Of a stretch of DNA of 45,138 bases, positions 8,579-17,660 are shown piece after piece. A program made the translations under genes and the position numbers. The notes under the pieces are model-generated. The model made no database searches. It was not told the origin of the DNA and saw only the letters and a program-made list of their open reading frames with translations. Within the stretch, counting starts at the first letter, position 1. Each line of letters opens with the position of its first letter. Origin of the DNA: a virus (taxonomy: Duplodnaviria > Caudoviricetes); the IMG/VR virus record IMGVR_UViG_3300032318_001140, positions 1 to 45,138 of that record; one strand, 5' to 3'.

Positions 8579-10336
8579 ATGGCCAGACAAAGAAAAAATA
8601 TAAACAAGACAGTTCCTCTTAGTAATGAGGATAGAATAAGACAAGAAGTGGCTGCCTCTTATATTAAGAGCAAGTCTAGAAACTTTGTAAAGGGAGTTTC
8701 TACTCAGGTTAAAGATAGCTTAGTAGATTCAGTTAAGCAAGACATTCTAAAATACTCTAGACAAGATCCAGATCCGACAGAGCTTACTAGAGGTTCCACC
8801 TCTGCATTTAGCATAGTAGAACCAGAATTTCATCCTAGAAAATTAGTAGTCTTAGTGAATACTAATGATGTACTTAAACAAACTATCAAATGTATTCAAG
8901 TAAATGCAGTAGGCAATGGCTATTCGTTAAACTACATAGGCAAGGCTGAAGAGCAAGAAAATGATGATGTAAAACTTAAGAAAGAATTTTTCCAAGATTT
9001 ACTAGATAACCCAAACCCAGACAAGTACGGGCATGAGTTTTTTGATGCCTTAGTTACTGATTTTGCAATGCTCAATAGAGCATACATAGAAGTAGTTCGT
9101 GGGAATGTGGTAGATGAGATAGAAGCTAAAGCTAAATCAAAAGTACTAGCTCTATATCACGTGCCTGCGGTTACTATGAGGAAAACTGCAAAAGACGAGA
9201 AGCCAGTAGTAGTTAAAAGTAAACTTAAAAGATACGGAAAAGTAAGAGAGCTTCCTGTAGACAGATACTTCCGAAGGTTTGCTCAGGTTACTGCTGGTAA
9301 TCCTAAGACTTATACTTACTTTAAAGAGTTTGAAGATCCAAGAGATATAGATGCTGCTACTGGTCAAGTAGTAACAGATTTACCAAAGTTTCTAGCCAGA
9401 GGTGGGAAATTAGCTACAGAGATTTACGAAATCACTGATTACGAACCTGATAGTCTATACGCCCACCCTGTCTGGATTAACCAGTTAACAGCTATTCTAG
9501 GATCAAAGCTTTGTAACGAAGTAAACTTATCCTTCTTTCAAAACAATATGATTCCTGCCATGGTAGTTTTAACTGCTGGTGGAGGACTTACTGAAAATTC
9601 CTATAATCAAATCACTCAAGCTTTTGAGAACTTGAGAGGCGGAAAGTCCTTTAATAATATACTATTCCTAGAAGCAGTCGGAGATGAGGACGCAGCTTCG
9701 GACGATGGGGCAATACCAGTACCTAAACTAGACATTAAACCTTTAGGTGATGTTCGTCAAGACGATGCTATATTCCAAAAATATAAAGATGCAGCTAATA
9801 GAACTATTATGAGTTCTTTTAGAATAGATCCTATACTAATAGGCTTATCTGAAGCTAGAGATAGAGCTGCTGCTGAAGTAGCTATACTTGCTGCTGAGGC
9901 TGAGGTATTTGCACCTTTACGTAAAAAGCTAGAAGACTTTATGTCTAGAGTTATCTTAGTAGATGATGACGGATTTACAGATAAACACTGGACTCTTAAA
10001 TTTAGACCTACTAACGTAATGAAGCAAGATTCTATATTTACTGCTATCAGATATGGTATTGCTAGCGGTGCATTTACACCTAACATGATTATTAATATCT
10101 TAAATAATACACTAAACACTGATATTCCTAATATTACAAGTTTCTGGGGATCTATACCTGCAACCTCAGTTAGAGACAGTTTTAAATCTTACTTAGAAAG
10201 TTTAGCTAACGAAGGTAAGATAATTACTAATGAGGACTTTGAGAAATTTTTAGAGCAAGGAATTATTCCTACTTCTGATAACAGTATTCCCCAAGAGACA
10301 GAAACTATGGATGCTCAAGTCAGACAACAATCATAA
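8579..10336 (+). CDS. Phage portal protein (PBSX-like)
   Basis: 585 aa; motifs NRAYIEVVR, LYHVPAVTMR, N.SFFQNNMIP, DDAIFQKY, SFRIDPILIG; first gene of the head module. Confidence 0.9.
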   Translation: MARQRKNINKTVPLSNEDRIRQEVAASYIKSKSRNFVKGVSTQVKDSLVDSVKQDILKYSRQDPDPTELTRGSTSAFSIVEPEFHPRKLVVLVNTNDVLKQTIKCIQVNAVGNGYSLNYIGKAEEQENDDVKLKKEFFQDLLDNPNPDKYGHEFFDALVTDFAMLNRAYIEVVRGNVVDEIEAKAKSKVLALYHVPAVTMRKTAKDEKPVVVKSKLKRYGKVRELPVDRYFRRFAQVTAGNPKTYTYFKEFEDPRDIDAATGQVVTDLPKFLARGGKLATEIYEITDYEPDSLYAHPVWINQLTAILGSKLCNEVNLSFFQNNMIPAMVVLTAGGGLTENSYNQITQAFENLRGGKSFNNILFLEAVGDEDAASDDGAIPVPKLDIKPLGDVRQDDAIFQKYKDAANRTIMSSFRIDPILIGLSEARDRAAAEVAILAAEAEVFAPLRKKLEDFMSRVILVDDDGFTDKHWTLKFRPTNVMKQDSIFTAIRYGIASGAFTPNMIINILNNTLNTDIPNITSFWGSIPATSVRDSFKSYLESLANEGKIITNEDFEKFLEQGIIPTSDNSIPQETETMDAQVRQQS

Positions 10337-10337
10337 C

Positions 10338-11261
10338 ATGTACCTGTTCAGAAGCCAAGACTATAAAGACGGAATTGAGAAATCCAGCACATATAAATTT
10401 GAGAGAGATGTGTCTGTATTTAATATATTTAGAAAGCAAGAAGAAAGACAAGTAGAAAATATTACTGCCAGAGAAAAAGAATTAGCAGCTTTTTTAGCTG
10501 GTCTGTTTATTACTAGAACTGAAACTATAAAACTTGAAATTATCAGAGGTATTAAAACAAATCAAATATCTCCCCAGTCTAGAATATTCTTAACTAACAA
10601 CTTAGACAGGCTTAGAAACACTGCAATTATCACTAATAGTGACAGAGCAGAGTTATCTAGATTTTTTAGTGAGTTATTTAAAATAGCAGTAGATGATTCT
10701 ATAAGATTAGCTAGACTTCGTGGGGTTATTAGTAATTCAGTATATAACTCATTGCTCAATAATGAAACATCTATAAATGTAGATAGATATGTAAGCAACA
10801 TAGTTGAGAAGGCAGTATTCTATGCAGATAATTTTGCTAGGAGAATTTTAATACCTAGAATAGAAAATAACGAAAACTTAACAGAGCAGTATATAAATGA
10901 TTCCTTTAATGAGAACTCCTACTTTAATATGTTAGCAAACTCAGAAGTGAGTAAATTCTACCATTTAGCATATTTGGAAAAACTAAGTCAAGCTAACGTA
11001 ATCTTCTATAGATATGATGCAGTCCTAGATGACAAGACTACTGAAATATGCACTAGCTTAGATGGAAACATATACAGAGTAGATACTTCGTTAATAGGAA
11101 TGAGATCTTACTACTCCACAAGTCCAGAAATATCCACAAGAGTAAATCCTTATCTAGATAAAGATACTTTGCAGGATGCAGGGATTCCTGTACCTGGCAT
11201 GTACCACCCAAACTGTAGATCTACTTTAGTTGGCTCAGATGGCAGCACTATAACACGATAG
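10338..11261 (+). CDS. Minor head morphogenesis protein (SPP1 gp7 / Mu F-like)
   Basis: C-terminal AVLDDKTTEICTSLDG...HPNCRS signature; follows the portal. ATG 10338 preferred over 10311. Confidence 0.88.
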   Translation: MYLFRSQDYKDGIEKSSTYKFERDVSVFNIFRKQEERQVENITAREKELAAFLAGLFITRTETIKLEIIRGIKTNQISPQSRIFLTNNLDRLRNTAIITNSDRAELSRFFSELFKIAVDDSIRLARLRGVISNSVYNSLLNNETSINVDRYVSNIVEKAVFYADNFARRILIPRIENNENLTEQYINDSFNENSYFNMLANSEVSKFYHLAYLEKLSQANVIFYRYDAVLDDKTTEICTSLDGNIYRVDTSLIGMRSYYSTSPEISTRVNPYLDKDTLQDAGIPVPGMYHPNCRSTLVGSDGSTITR

Positions 11262-11267
11262 TACACT
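11259..11267 (+). promoter_or_regulatory. -10-like promoter TAGTACACT (leaderless geometry)
   Basis: TACACT 11262-11267, 7 nt before ATG 11275, no SD. GTACACT recurs with TACACT at 3024, 12293, 24331 and 24737. Confidence 0.6.
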
Positions 11268-11274
11268 TGGTAAT

Positions 11275-11853
11275 ATGCCTGAAGGTAATAAACTTGAACT
11301 TAAAAAGTTCTCAGATGAAAAAAAGATAGCTTACGGTTTGGTGTACGAGCCTAATGTAATAGATGCTCATGGGGACATGATGACTTCTATAGAAATAGAA
11401 AAGCTAGCATATAAATTTTTAAAACTTCCAGATCTATCTAAAGTAATAGATATTCAGCATGACGGAAAGGCTATAGAAGCTTATCCAGTAGAGAGCTTCA
11501 TAGCAAGAGAAGGGGATTCAGATTTTAAAAAAGGTTCTTGGATAGTAGCTATAAAAGTAGAAGATGATGCGGTCTGGGATCTCGCTAAACGTGGGATTCT
11601 TAATGGTTTCAGCTACGAAGTTAAAGCCTACACTACTCCTACTGTAGTTCCTTTCGAGTCTGTAGCTTATTCTACAGGAGTGACAGAAGAGACAGAAGGA
11701 CACTCACACGTATTCTATGCTGAGTATGACGGTACTGGACTAATAACTAAAGGCTACACGAGCGAGGATGCAGGACATTCTCACACCATGTCTGGAACTT
11801 CTGCTACAGATATTACAAATGGTCACGGACATAGATTCGAGGTTAAATTATGA
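11275..11853 (+). CDS. XkdF-like prohead serine protease with His-rich C-terminal tail
   Basis: YGLVYEP..DAHGD.M...EIEKLA..F, DIQHD, VESFIA, KGSW, W...K.G.LNGFS; tail with GHSH/GHSH/GHGH. Confidence 0.85.
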   Translation: MPEGNKLELKKFSDEKKIAYGLVYEPNVIDAHGDMMTSIEIEKLAYKFLKLPDLSKVIDIQHDGKAIEAYPVESFIAREGDSDFKKGSWIVAIKVEDDAVWDLAKRGILNGFSYEVKAYTTPTVVPFESVAYSTGVTEETEGHSHVFYAEYDGTGLITKGYTSEDAGHSHTMSGTSATDITNGHGHRFEVKL

Positions 11854-12806
11854 AGCCTAAGAAAATGGTTTACGCAAGAACAGTAAATATGATAGAGGAT
11901 GCTGACCCAGTTAAGATCAGCCTAGTTAATCGTGGAGCTAACCAAAAAAGATTTACTTTGAAATCAGAAAGAAAAACTGGCACAGAAATTAAAAAAATAG
12001 CTTTTCCTGATGTAGAAACTGGTATGGCTTTTGTAGAAAAGAACTTCGATGATGCAGATATATACGATGAGTCTGCTTGGTCTGTTGAAAATGAACAGTA
12101 CATTATATACTCTAAAGATTTTAATGTAGAAGAAAAGCTTGCCGAAATTAAAGGTGAGAATTTTACTATCTGGGTTAACGATCCTAGAGAGGATGAGTCA
12201 GACGATGCCTCAGACGAGGACGAAGATGAAGATGAAGATGAAGATGAAGAAACTGAAATGAGTAGCAAAAAAGTAGCTAAAAAAACTTGTAGTACACTTT
12301 TAGCAGATCAAATAATAGATCAAGACGAAATAAATATGAGCAAAACAATAGATAAATTAATCAAATCACTAGAATCTGCTCTAACTAATCTTAAGAAAGA
12401 TGAAGTAGAGGAAGTGAAGGAAGAGATTAAAGAAGAAGTTAAAGAAGAGATTAAAGTAGACGAGGTTGCTACTCCTTCTGCTGAAAGTAAATTAGAAGAA
12501 GCTGAAAAAGCTTTAGAGACTATCAAAACTGAAAACGCAGAATTAGCTAAAGAAATAGCTAAAGCTAAAGAAGCTTTAGAGGCTTACGAAGGTAAGTTTG
12601 CTGAATTACTAGCTAAAACTGAGAAGTTTGAAATCCAAGCTAAAGAGTCACAAGTTAAATACGAGACTCTTATTAAGAGCGTTGAGGAATCAAAACTAGG
12701 ATCAAATTCTTCTGAAATAGAAGCTATCAAAGCGGATACCAAAGAGGAAATTAAAGCGAACGTCAAAAAAAGTGCGTTCGTATCAATCTGCGAGCAATTA
12801 AAATAA
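11850..12806 (+). CDS. Capsid scaffold protein with N-terminal protease-like motif
   Basis: Between protease and major capsid; N-terminal ISLVNRGANQKRF, acidic linker (GAAGAT x4 at 12222-12245), E/K-rich coiled coil. Confidence 0.72.
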   Translation: MKPKKMVYARTVNMIEDADPVKISLVNRGANQKRFTLKSERKTGTEIKKIAFPDVETGMAFVEKNFDDADIYDESAWSVENEQYIIYSKDFNVEEKLAEIKGENFTIWVNDPREDESDDASDEDEDEDEDEDEETEMSSKKVAKKTCSTLLADQIIDQDEINMSKTIDKLIKSLESALTNLKKDEVEEVKEEIKEEVKEEIKVDEVATPSAESKLEEAEKALETIKTENAELAKEIAKAKEALEAYEGKFAELLAKTEKFEIQAKESQVKYETLIKSVEESKLGSNSSEIEAIKADTKEEIKANVKKSAFVSICEQLK

Positions 12807-12819
12807 CCAGGAGAAAATT

Positions 12820-13818
12820 ATGCCAAACGAAAACATACTAGACATTATAATCAAAGACAAGGATACCATTAAAAAGGACGGCTTGCTTAGTACCGTAGGT
12901 GCTGCTGCTGGCGTAAACATTCCTTTAGAAGTTAAACAAGACTTCATATCTCAGTTAGTTCTTAGCCCAACACTTTTAAGTGTAGTTAGAACTGAGATCC
13001 TAAACGGCCCTAACTTCAGAATCCCTAAGATCTTATTTGATGACTGGGTTCTTTATGCTAAGACTGAGAATACTGCTCCTACTACTGGTCAGTATAGCAC
13101 ATCTTCTTTCGGTTATGTAGATTTATCACCAAAAGATATTTCAGCAGCTACATTCATCACGCATGAGGCTATGAGAGATATTAACGGTGGATCTGCTTTA
13201 CTGATCCAAAAACATGAAGATCTATTCTACAAAAAACTATCTGCTAACATCCTATCTAACTTGTTATTAGCTGATACAGCTTTTGTTGATGGTAACGCTA
13301 ACAAACAAGCAGTAATGAGAAAATTCGATGGTTGGATTAAGCAAGCAGCTAACAACCCTGTAACTGCTCAAGTAAATCCAGCAGGATCAGTAACATTAAA
13401 TGCTGCGTTTGACATTTCAGATCCAGTAATTGAGAAAGTTCTAGAAGCTATGCTTACTAGTTTAGCATCTGAATACTTCTCAGCTTCAGAAGATATGGCT
13501 TTCATCATGTCTGCTAAAAACTTACTACGTCTAAGATCTGCTTTAGGTAAGAGATTAACTCCACTTGGAGACACTTACCATAACGGTAGAGCTCCAGTTG
13601 CTCTTAACGGTATCCCTGTTATCGGTGATGAGTTCATCCCTGAAGGAGTAATCATCTTAACTAACCCTAAAAATATGATATTCGCTCCTCACACTGAATC
13701 TATGAGATTCTTAACTGACTACGACAAGTACTTAGATAGACAAAACCTATTTGTTCACGCTAACTACGGTCTAGGTTGGGAAGAGCTTAAAGGTGTTGTT
13801 TACCAAACACTATCTTAA
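12820..13818 (+). CDS. Major capsid protein (HK97 fold)
   Basis: 332 aa; AGGAG SD; FDGWIK and LNGIPV...IPEG.IILTNPKN motifs; followed by a strong terminator. Confidence 0.9.
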   Translation: MPNENILDIIIKDKDTIKKDGLLSTVGAAAGVNIPLEVKQDFISQLVLSPTLLSVVRTEILNGPNFRIPKILFDDWVLYAKTENTAPTTGQYSTSSFGYVDLSPKDISAATFITHEAMRDINGGSALLIQKHEDLFYKKLSANILSNLLLADTAFVDGNANKQAVMRKFDGWIKQAANNPVTAQVNPAGSVTLNAAFDISDPVIEKVLEAMLTSLASEYFSASEDMAFIMSAKNLLRLRSALGKRLTPLGDTYHNGRAPVALNGIPVIGDEFIPEGVIILTNPKNMIFAPHTESMRFLTDYDKYLDRQNLFVHANYGLGWEELKGVVYQTLS

Positions 13819-13837
13819 TTCTCTTAACTCGCTGTTT

Positions 13838-13974
13838 ACTAAAAGGTGTGGAGTTCTCTCTGCACCTTTTTTATTTGATAGCCAAGTTGTTAGTTGAACT
13901 AAGAAACTCTAGCAACTTGACTATCTAAATATTAGCAATTTCACCGCCTGCGAAGGAGTAATTAATCACAGACA
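13838..13974 (-). ncRNA. Candidate ~135-nt structured small RNA
   Basis: Minus-strand TGTGCTATACT (13980-13990) points into a gap without a substantial ORF. The gap has hairpins 13937-13963 and 13877-13925 and ends at the terminator. Confidence 0.45.
13841..13872. terminator. Bidirectional intrinsic terminator
   Basis: AAAAGGTGTGGAG-TTCT-CTCTGCACCTTTTTT, with U-tracts on both strands. Confidence 0.85.
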
Positions 13975-13979
13975 CTCTT

Positions 13980-14002
13980 AGTATAGCACAGTGAAGTATA
14001 AT
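13980..14002. promoter_or_regulatory. Back-to-back divergent promoters (same design as 8131-8157)
   Basis: Minus strand TGTGCTATACT; plus strand GTATAAT 13996-14002, 6 nt before ATG 14009. Confidence 0.68.
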
Positions 14003-14008
14003 TAGTAC

Positions 14009-14455
14009 ATGATTGAAAAAAAAATTAAAACATATTATGCAGAGTTAAATTACTCTATTGACCAAAGTCAAACCGTAGAAGGAATTACTTTAACTAAAGG
14101 TACTCCTGTAGAAATCTCTAAAGACCTTTACGAGAAATTCAAAAACAGCCCTAATAAATATGTAACAGCTACAACCTTTATTGGCGGTATGGCTATCTCT
14201 CCTAAGATCGAGAGACTATTACTTACTACTAAAACTGTTACTGAGTTAGTTGAGGATGAGCAAGAAGAAGCAGAAAAAGAAGCTGTAAAAAGTAATTTTG
14301 CTGGAGATATGGGAGCTAAACCAAAGCCAAGGGGTGGGGGTAAACCAAAACAAGGGCAAGCTACAGAAGAAGCTAAGGAAGAGGCTAAAGCAGAGCAAGC
14401 TCCAGAAGAAAATAAAGAAGCTACTGTAGAAACTGAGGAAACAAAAGTAGACTAA
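14009..14455 (+). CDS. Hypothetical protein with charged low-complexity tail (148 aa)
   Basis: Between major capsid and head-tail adaptor; TAATG-coupled to the next gene. Confidence 0.75.
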   Translation: MIEKKIKTYYAELNYSIDQSQTVEGITLTKGTPVEISKDLYEKFKNSPNKYVTATTFIGGMAISPKIERLLLTTKTVTELVEDEQEEAEKEAVKSNFAGDMGAKPKPRGGGKPKQGQATEEAKEEAKAEQAPEENKEATVETEETKVD

Positions 14456-15024
14456 TGTTTAAAGTTCTATCTAGAGAAGTAACTAGCTTACTCGATTTAA
14501 GCGAGCTAAAATCTGTTTTGCGTATAGATTGGGGTGAGCACGATGAGATGTTAGCTGATCTAGAAGCTTCTTGCATTTCTGAGCTAGAAAAATATCTTAA
14601 GTTCCCTATAACTAAATGCACTGCCGTTAAAAGAGTTAGATTAGCTACTCAGGGATATATTAACGAAGACCCTGATAAGTTAGAGCTAAATAAAGGATTT
14701 AGCTTTCAAGCTATACCTGTAAACACTATTAGCGAAATTAGAGCTATTAAAGGCGATGGGACTTACGATACTTTACAGCTTACTGTGGATTATACTTTCG
14801 ATAATATTTCTAATACCGTTAAACTATGGAATAGTAATATGTATAAGTTTGACGGTAGAGAGTATCTAGAAATATACTGCGATATAGGCTGGTCTACAGA
14901 AAATATTCCTGCTATCGTTCAAGGTAACATAAAGTCTTTAGCCATACACATGTATGATAAAGCAGATACTCCTATACCTACTAAACTGTATAGACCATCT
15001 GCGAACTATAGGTATTACGGATGA
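14455..15024 (+). CDS. Head-tail connector / adaptor (HK97 gp6-like)
   Basis: L.L.ELK..LRID...D..L, E.YL, IP..V...IK.LA.HMYD pattern; position after the capsid gene. Confidence 0.8.
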   Translation: MFKVLSREVTSLLDLSELKSVLRIDWGEHDEMLADLEASCISELEKYLKFPITKCTAVKRVRLATQGYINEDPDKLELNKGFSFQAIPVNTISEIRAIKGDGTYDTLQLTVDYTFDNISNTVKLWNSNMYKFDGREYLEIYCDIGWSTENIPAIVQGNIKSLAIHMYDKADTPIPTKLYRPSANYRYYG

Positions 15025-15482
15025 CATCCTTTGGGGAGCGTTGGCTCTTTACTAAAGTTCCAAAAGTCTCTGAGCTTACTAACCCTATCACTGTAGTTAG
15101 GGCTAAGTTAGATCCGAAAACTACTGGCTCCAACACTGAATTTAATCGCACTTTTCAAGTAATACGTAAATGTTACGCAAAGACCGAGATAGCTGAGATA
15201 GCTACTACTGGAACTGCCGAACCCTACTTGAAAGAGTTGCAGATTAACTTTAGTATTCGTAAAGCTCCTGATGTAGAAATCATGGAGAAATCAGACTACG
15301 TTATATACAGAGATAAAATGTATATGGTTCATCAAGTAATGGATAACAGATCTGCTAAAGAACGTGGCTTCCAAGTCTTAGCTACTATAGAAGTAAACGA
15401 TACTACAGATATAGATATAGCAGCAGTACAAAAGATAGACTCTGTAAATATGCCAGACAATCCAGGATTCTTCTATGATTAA
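15021..15482 (+). CDS. Head closure / head-tail joining protein (SPP1 gp16-like)
   Basis: Position; L..PITV, F.IR and VIYRDKMYMV pattern. Confidence 0.65.
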   Translation: MTSFGERWLFTKVPKVSELTNPITVVRAKLDPKTTGSNTEFNRTFQVIRKCYAKTEIAEIATTGTAEPYLKELQINFSIRKAPDVEIMEKSDYVIYRDKMYMVHQVMDNRSAKERGFQVLATIEVNDTTDIDIAAVQKIDSVNMPDNPGFFYD

Positions 15483-15897
15483 TATAAAAGCACATATAGA
15501 TAATAGCGGATTCACGGAAGAGGCTGGCGAAAACCTCTACAGGGATATTATTAAGGCTGTAGCTATATCTACTGAGTACGCTCGTAAGATAGCTCGTGAA
15601 GATATGCGTAAACCAAAGACTGGTAATATCTATAAAATTCTAGGAGTAGATCATCAAGCCTCTGCACCTGGAGAAAGCCCTGCTGTTCTTACTGGAACTC
15701 TTATTAATGGATTATCTACCAGCATAACACCATCCCCTATGATGATAACAGGTCAAGTGGCTACTAGCCCAGATGCCTTCTATGCAGGATTTTTAGACGA
15801 TCAATTAAATAGGCCTATATATAGGAATATAGAAAGTGCTGCGGAACACTTCTTCATGAAACAGTTAGAATCTATATTTGCGAGGATACAGAATTGA
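15475..15897 (+). CDS. HK97 gp10-like neck / tail-completion protein
   Basis: TG.IY...HQASAPGESPAVLTGTL motif. Confidence 0.75.
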   Translation: MINIKAHIDNSGFTEEAGENLYRDIIKAVAISTEYARKIAREDMRKPKTGNIYKILGVDHQASAPGESPAVLTGTLINGLSTSITPSPMMITGQVATSPDAFYAGFLDDQLNRPIYRNIESAAEHFFMKQLESIFARIQN

Positions 15898-16718
15898 GTA
15901 TTTGGTCTGAATTAATAACTAGAATAAGAACTAACTGTCCTATCTTTAACAATAATGTCTTAGAAGTGGTAGAATTTGCTGCCTTAAGAGGAAATGATGG
16001 AGAGATGACAGCAGGTATTCCGTACCCTCTTTGCATTATAGCTGAAGCTCCTAGAGACTTTGTACCTTTACAAGGAAACTCTTCTGAGCAGATAGTTAAC
16101 TATAATTTTGCTACTATAGTAGCGGTAGAATTTATAGCTCGTAATAAAACTACAGAGACTCAAGTAACTAATAGAGCTATCACTCTAAGTAATTCTGCAT
16201 TTACTCTAAGTAATAACTATCAGGAATTTCTATCTAGCGTAGTAGTTAAAAATGCAAACAATACAGTTACTTACAAAAATAAAAAAGACTATTTCTTTAA
16301 CCCTATAAGTAATACTATTCAAGTATTTAGCGGTTCTGGCATAGCAGCTAACGCTGCGTTATCTGTTACCTACTTATCTAAAATAGGCGGTAGAAGCATT
16401 ATGGATCTTCGTGAGAGATGCTACCACCAATTATATAACTGTCTTATAGGTTATTTCGTTACCTCTATGCCTCGTGCAGCTAAAATATATTGTACTGGTA
16501 CTTTCCATTTAGACTTCACAGATAAAGTTTTATGGGGGCAGGTAAACTGGCAAATGCCTTCAGTTATTAAGTCAGATCTAAACATAGTTATACCTGAAAA
16601 TAACTACCCAATACAAAATATATTCACTCACACACAAACCACTTACCCTGATTTTGATGAGGATGGGCTGGATAAAACGGATTACACAAACGTCCAAGGA
16701 GACTGTTATGGTGCTTGA
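15894..16718 (+). CDS. Putative tail terminator with inserted beta module
   Basis: Position; N-terminal I.RIR..CP.F; internal DY-type insertion. Confidence 0.6.
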   Translation: MSIWSELITRIRTNCPIFNNNVLEVVEFAALRGNDGEMTAGIPYPLCIIAEAPRDFVPLQGNSSEQIVNYNFATIVAVEFIARNKTTETQVTNRAITLSNSAFTLSNNYQEFLSSVVVKNANNTVTYKNKKDYFFNPISNTIQVFSGSGIAANAALSVTYLSKIGGRSIMDLRERCYHQLYNCLIGYFVTSMPRAAKIYCTGTFHLDFTDKVLWGQVNWQMPSVIKSDLNIVIPENNYPIQNIFTHTQTTYPDFDEDGLDKTDYTNVQGDCYGA

Positions 16719-17289
16719 TAAGGATACCGCAGAGGATAGATTATTCAGTCAAGACATGGTGAACAGTGAACTTGCTAACATGCTTACTAATATCTTGCGT
16801 GTAGGTAAAGTAAGAGAGTTATCCACAAACGGAAAGAGAGTTAATCTAGAACTGGAAAATGGTTTAGCTGATGGGAATGTAACTGGAATGATCCCAGTAC
16901 TAATGACTGGATCTGCAAAAGTAACTGACTATAAAAAACCTAAAGTAGGAGATACTATGTTATTCCTATGTGTGGGATCTACTTTGAACACTGGTTTTGC
17001 CTTACCTTATATTATGAATGGGTCTGTAGATCCTACAGGGAAAAAAGACTGGCATGTATTTTCGGATAATGGATTTAATCTTTTCTACGATCTTCCTAAT
17101 AAAGAATTTAAAGCAAGTATAGCAGGAGGAGCTAGTTTATCCCTCAAAGAAAACTCAGGAAAGTTAGCTTTAGGTAATACATCCGTAGAGTTAAGTGCTT
17201 CCAGTGCAACAATTATTGCAGGTGGTACTACTGTTACTGTAGGCTCGGCTGGGCTACAAGTTAACGGTGTAACTCTAATGGTTCCTTAA
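16708..17289 (+). CDS. Baseplate spike protein (P2 gpV-like)
   Basis: L.NILRVGKV, P.VGD OB-fold motifs and beta-helix repeats. AAGGAG at 16696-16701 supports ATG 16708. Confidence 0.82.
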   Translation: MVLDKDTAEDRLFSQDMVNSELANMLTNILRVGKVRELSTNGKRVNLELENGLADGNVTGMIPVLMTGSAKVTDYKKPKVGDTMLFLCVGSTLNTGFALPYIMNGSVDPTGKKDWHVFSDNGFNLFYDLPNKEFKASIAGGASLSLKENSGKLALGNTSVELSASSATIIAGGTTVTVGSAGLQVNGVTLMVP

Positions 17290-17660
17290 TGACTGCTATT
17301 CATAGAAACACTGGCGAAATAATTCAAGAAGACGGAGCTATCAGTGCTGAGCTAGTTACTGGTTTACAGAACATATATACTTTATTATCTACCCCTCTAG
17401 GGAGCAGAGTCTATAACAGGTCTTGGGGAAGTAATCTTCCTAACCTTTTAGACCTCCCAATAAACGACACTACGCAGCTTTTAGTGTCTAGCCAAGTAGC
17501 TATAGATATAGAGAAAAACCTATACGACTTCCTAGTGGAGTCTGTCTCTGTAGATCTGTCTGAGGCTGTAAGTGGAACTATGAATATTACTATTAATCTA
17601 TTCTTCGTGCCTGAGAATAGATTTGTTACATTAGCAGGAGTTAAATTAAGAAATGGCTGA
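17289..17660 (+). CDS. Baseplate wedge protein (P2 gpW / T4 gp25-like)
   Basis: LLSTPLGSRVYNRSWGSNLPNLLDLPIN signature. Confidence 0.9.
   Translation: MTAIHRNTGEIIQEDGAISAELVTGLQNIYTLLSTPLGSRVYNRSWGSNLPNLLDLPINDTTQLLVSSQVAIDIEKNLYDFLVESVSVDLSEAVSGTMNITINLFFVPENRFVTLAGVKLRNG

Noticed and set aside
12222-12455. GAAGAT microsatellite and EEVKEEIK repeats as contingency loci
   Set aside because: Unit lengths are multiples of 3 in an acidic linker or coiled coil; ordinary scaffold low complexity.
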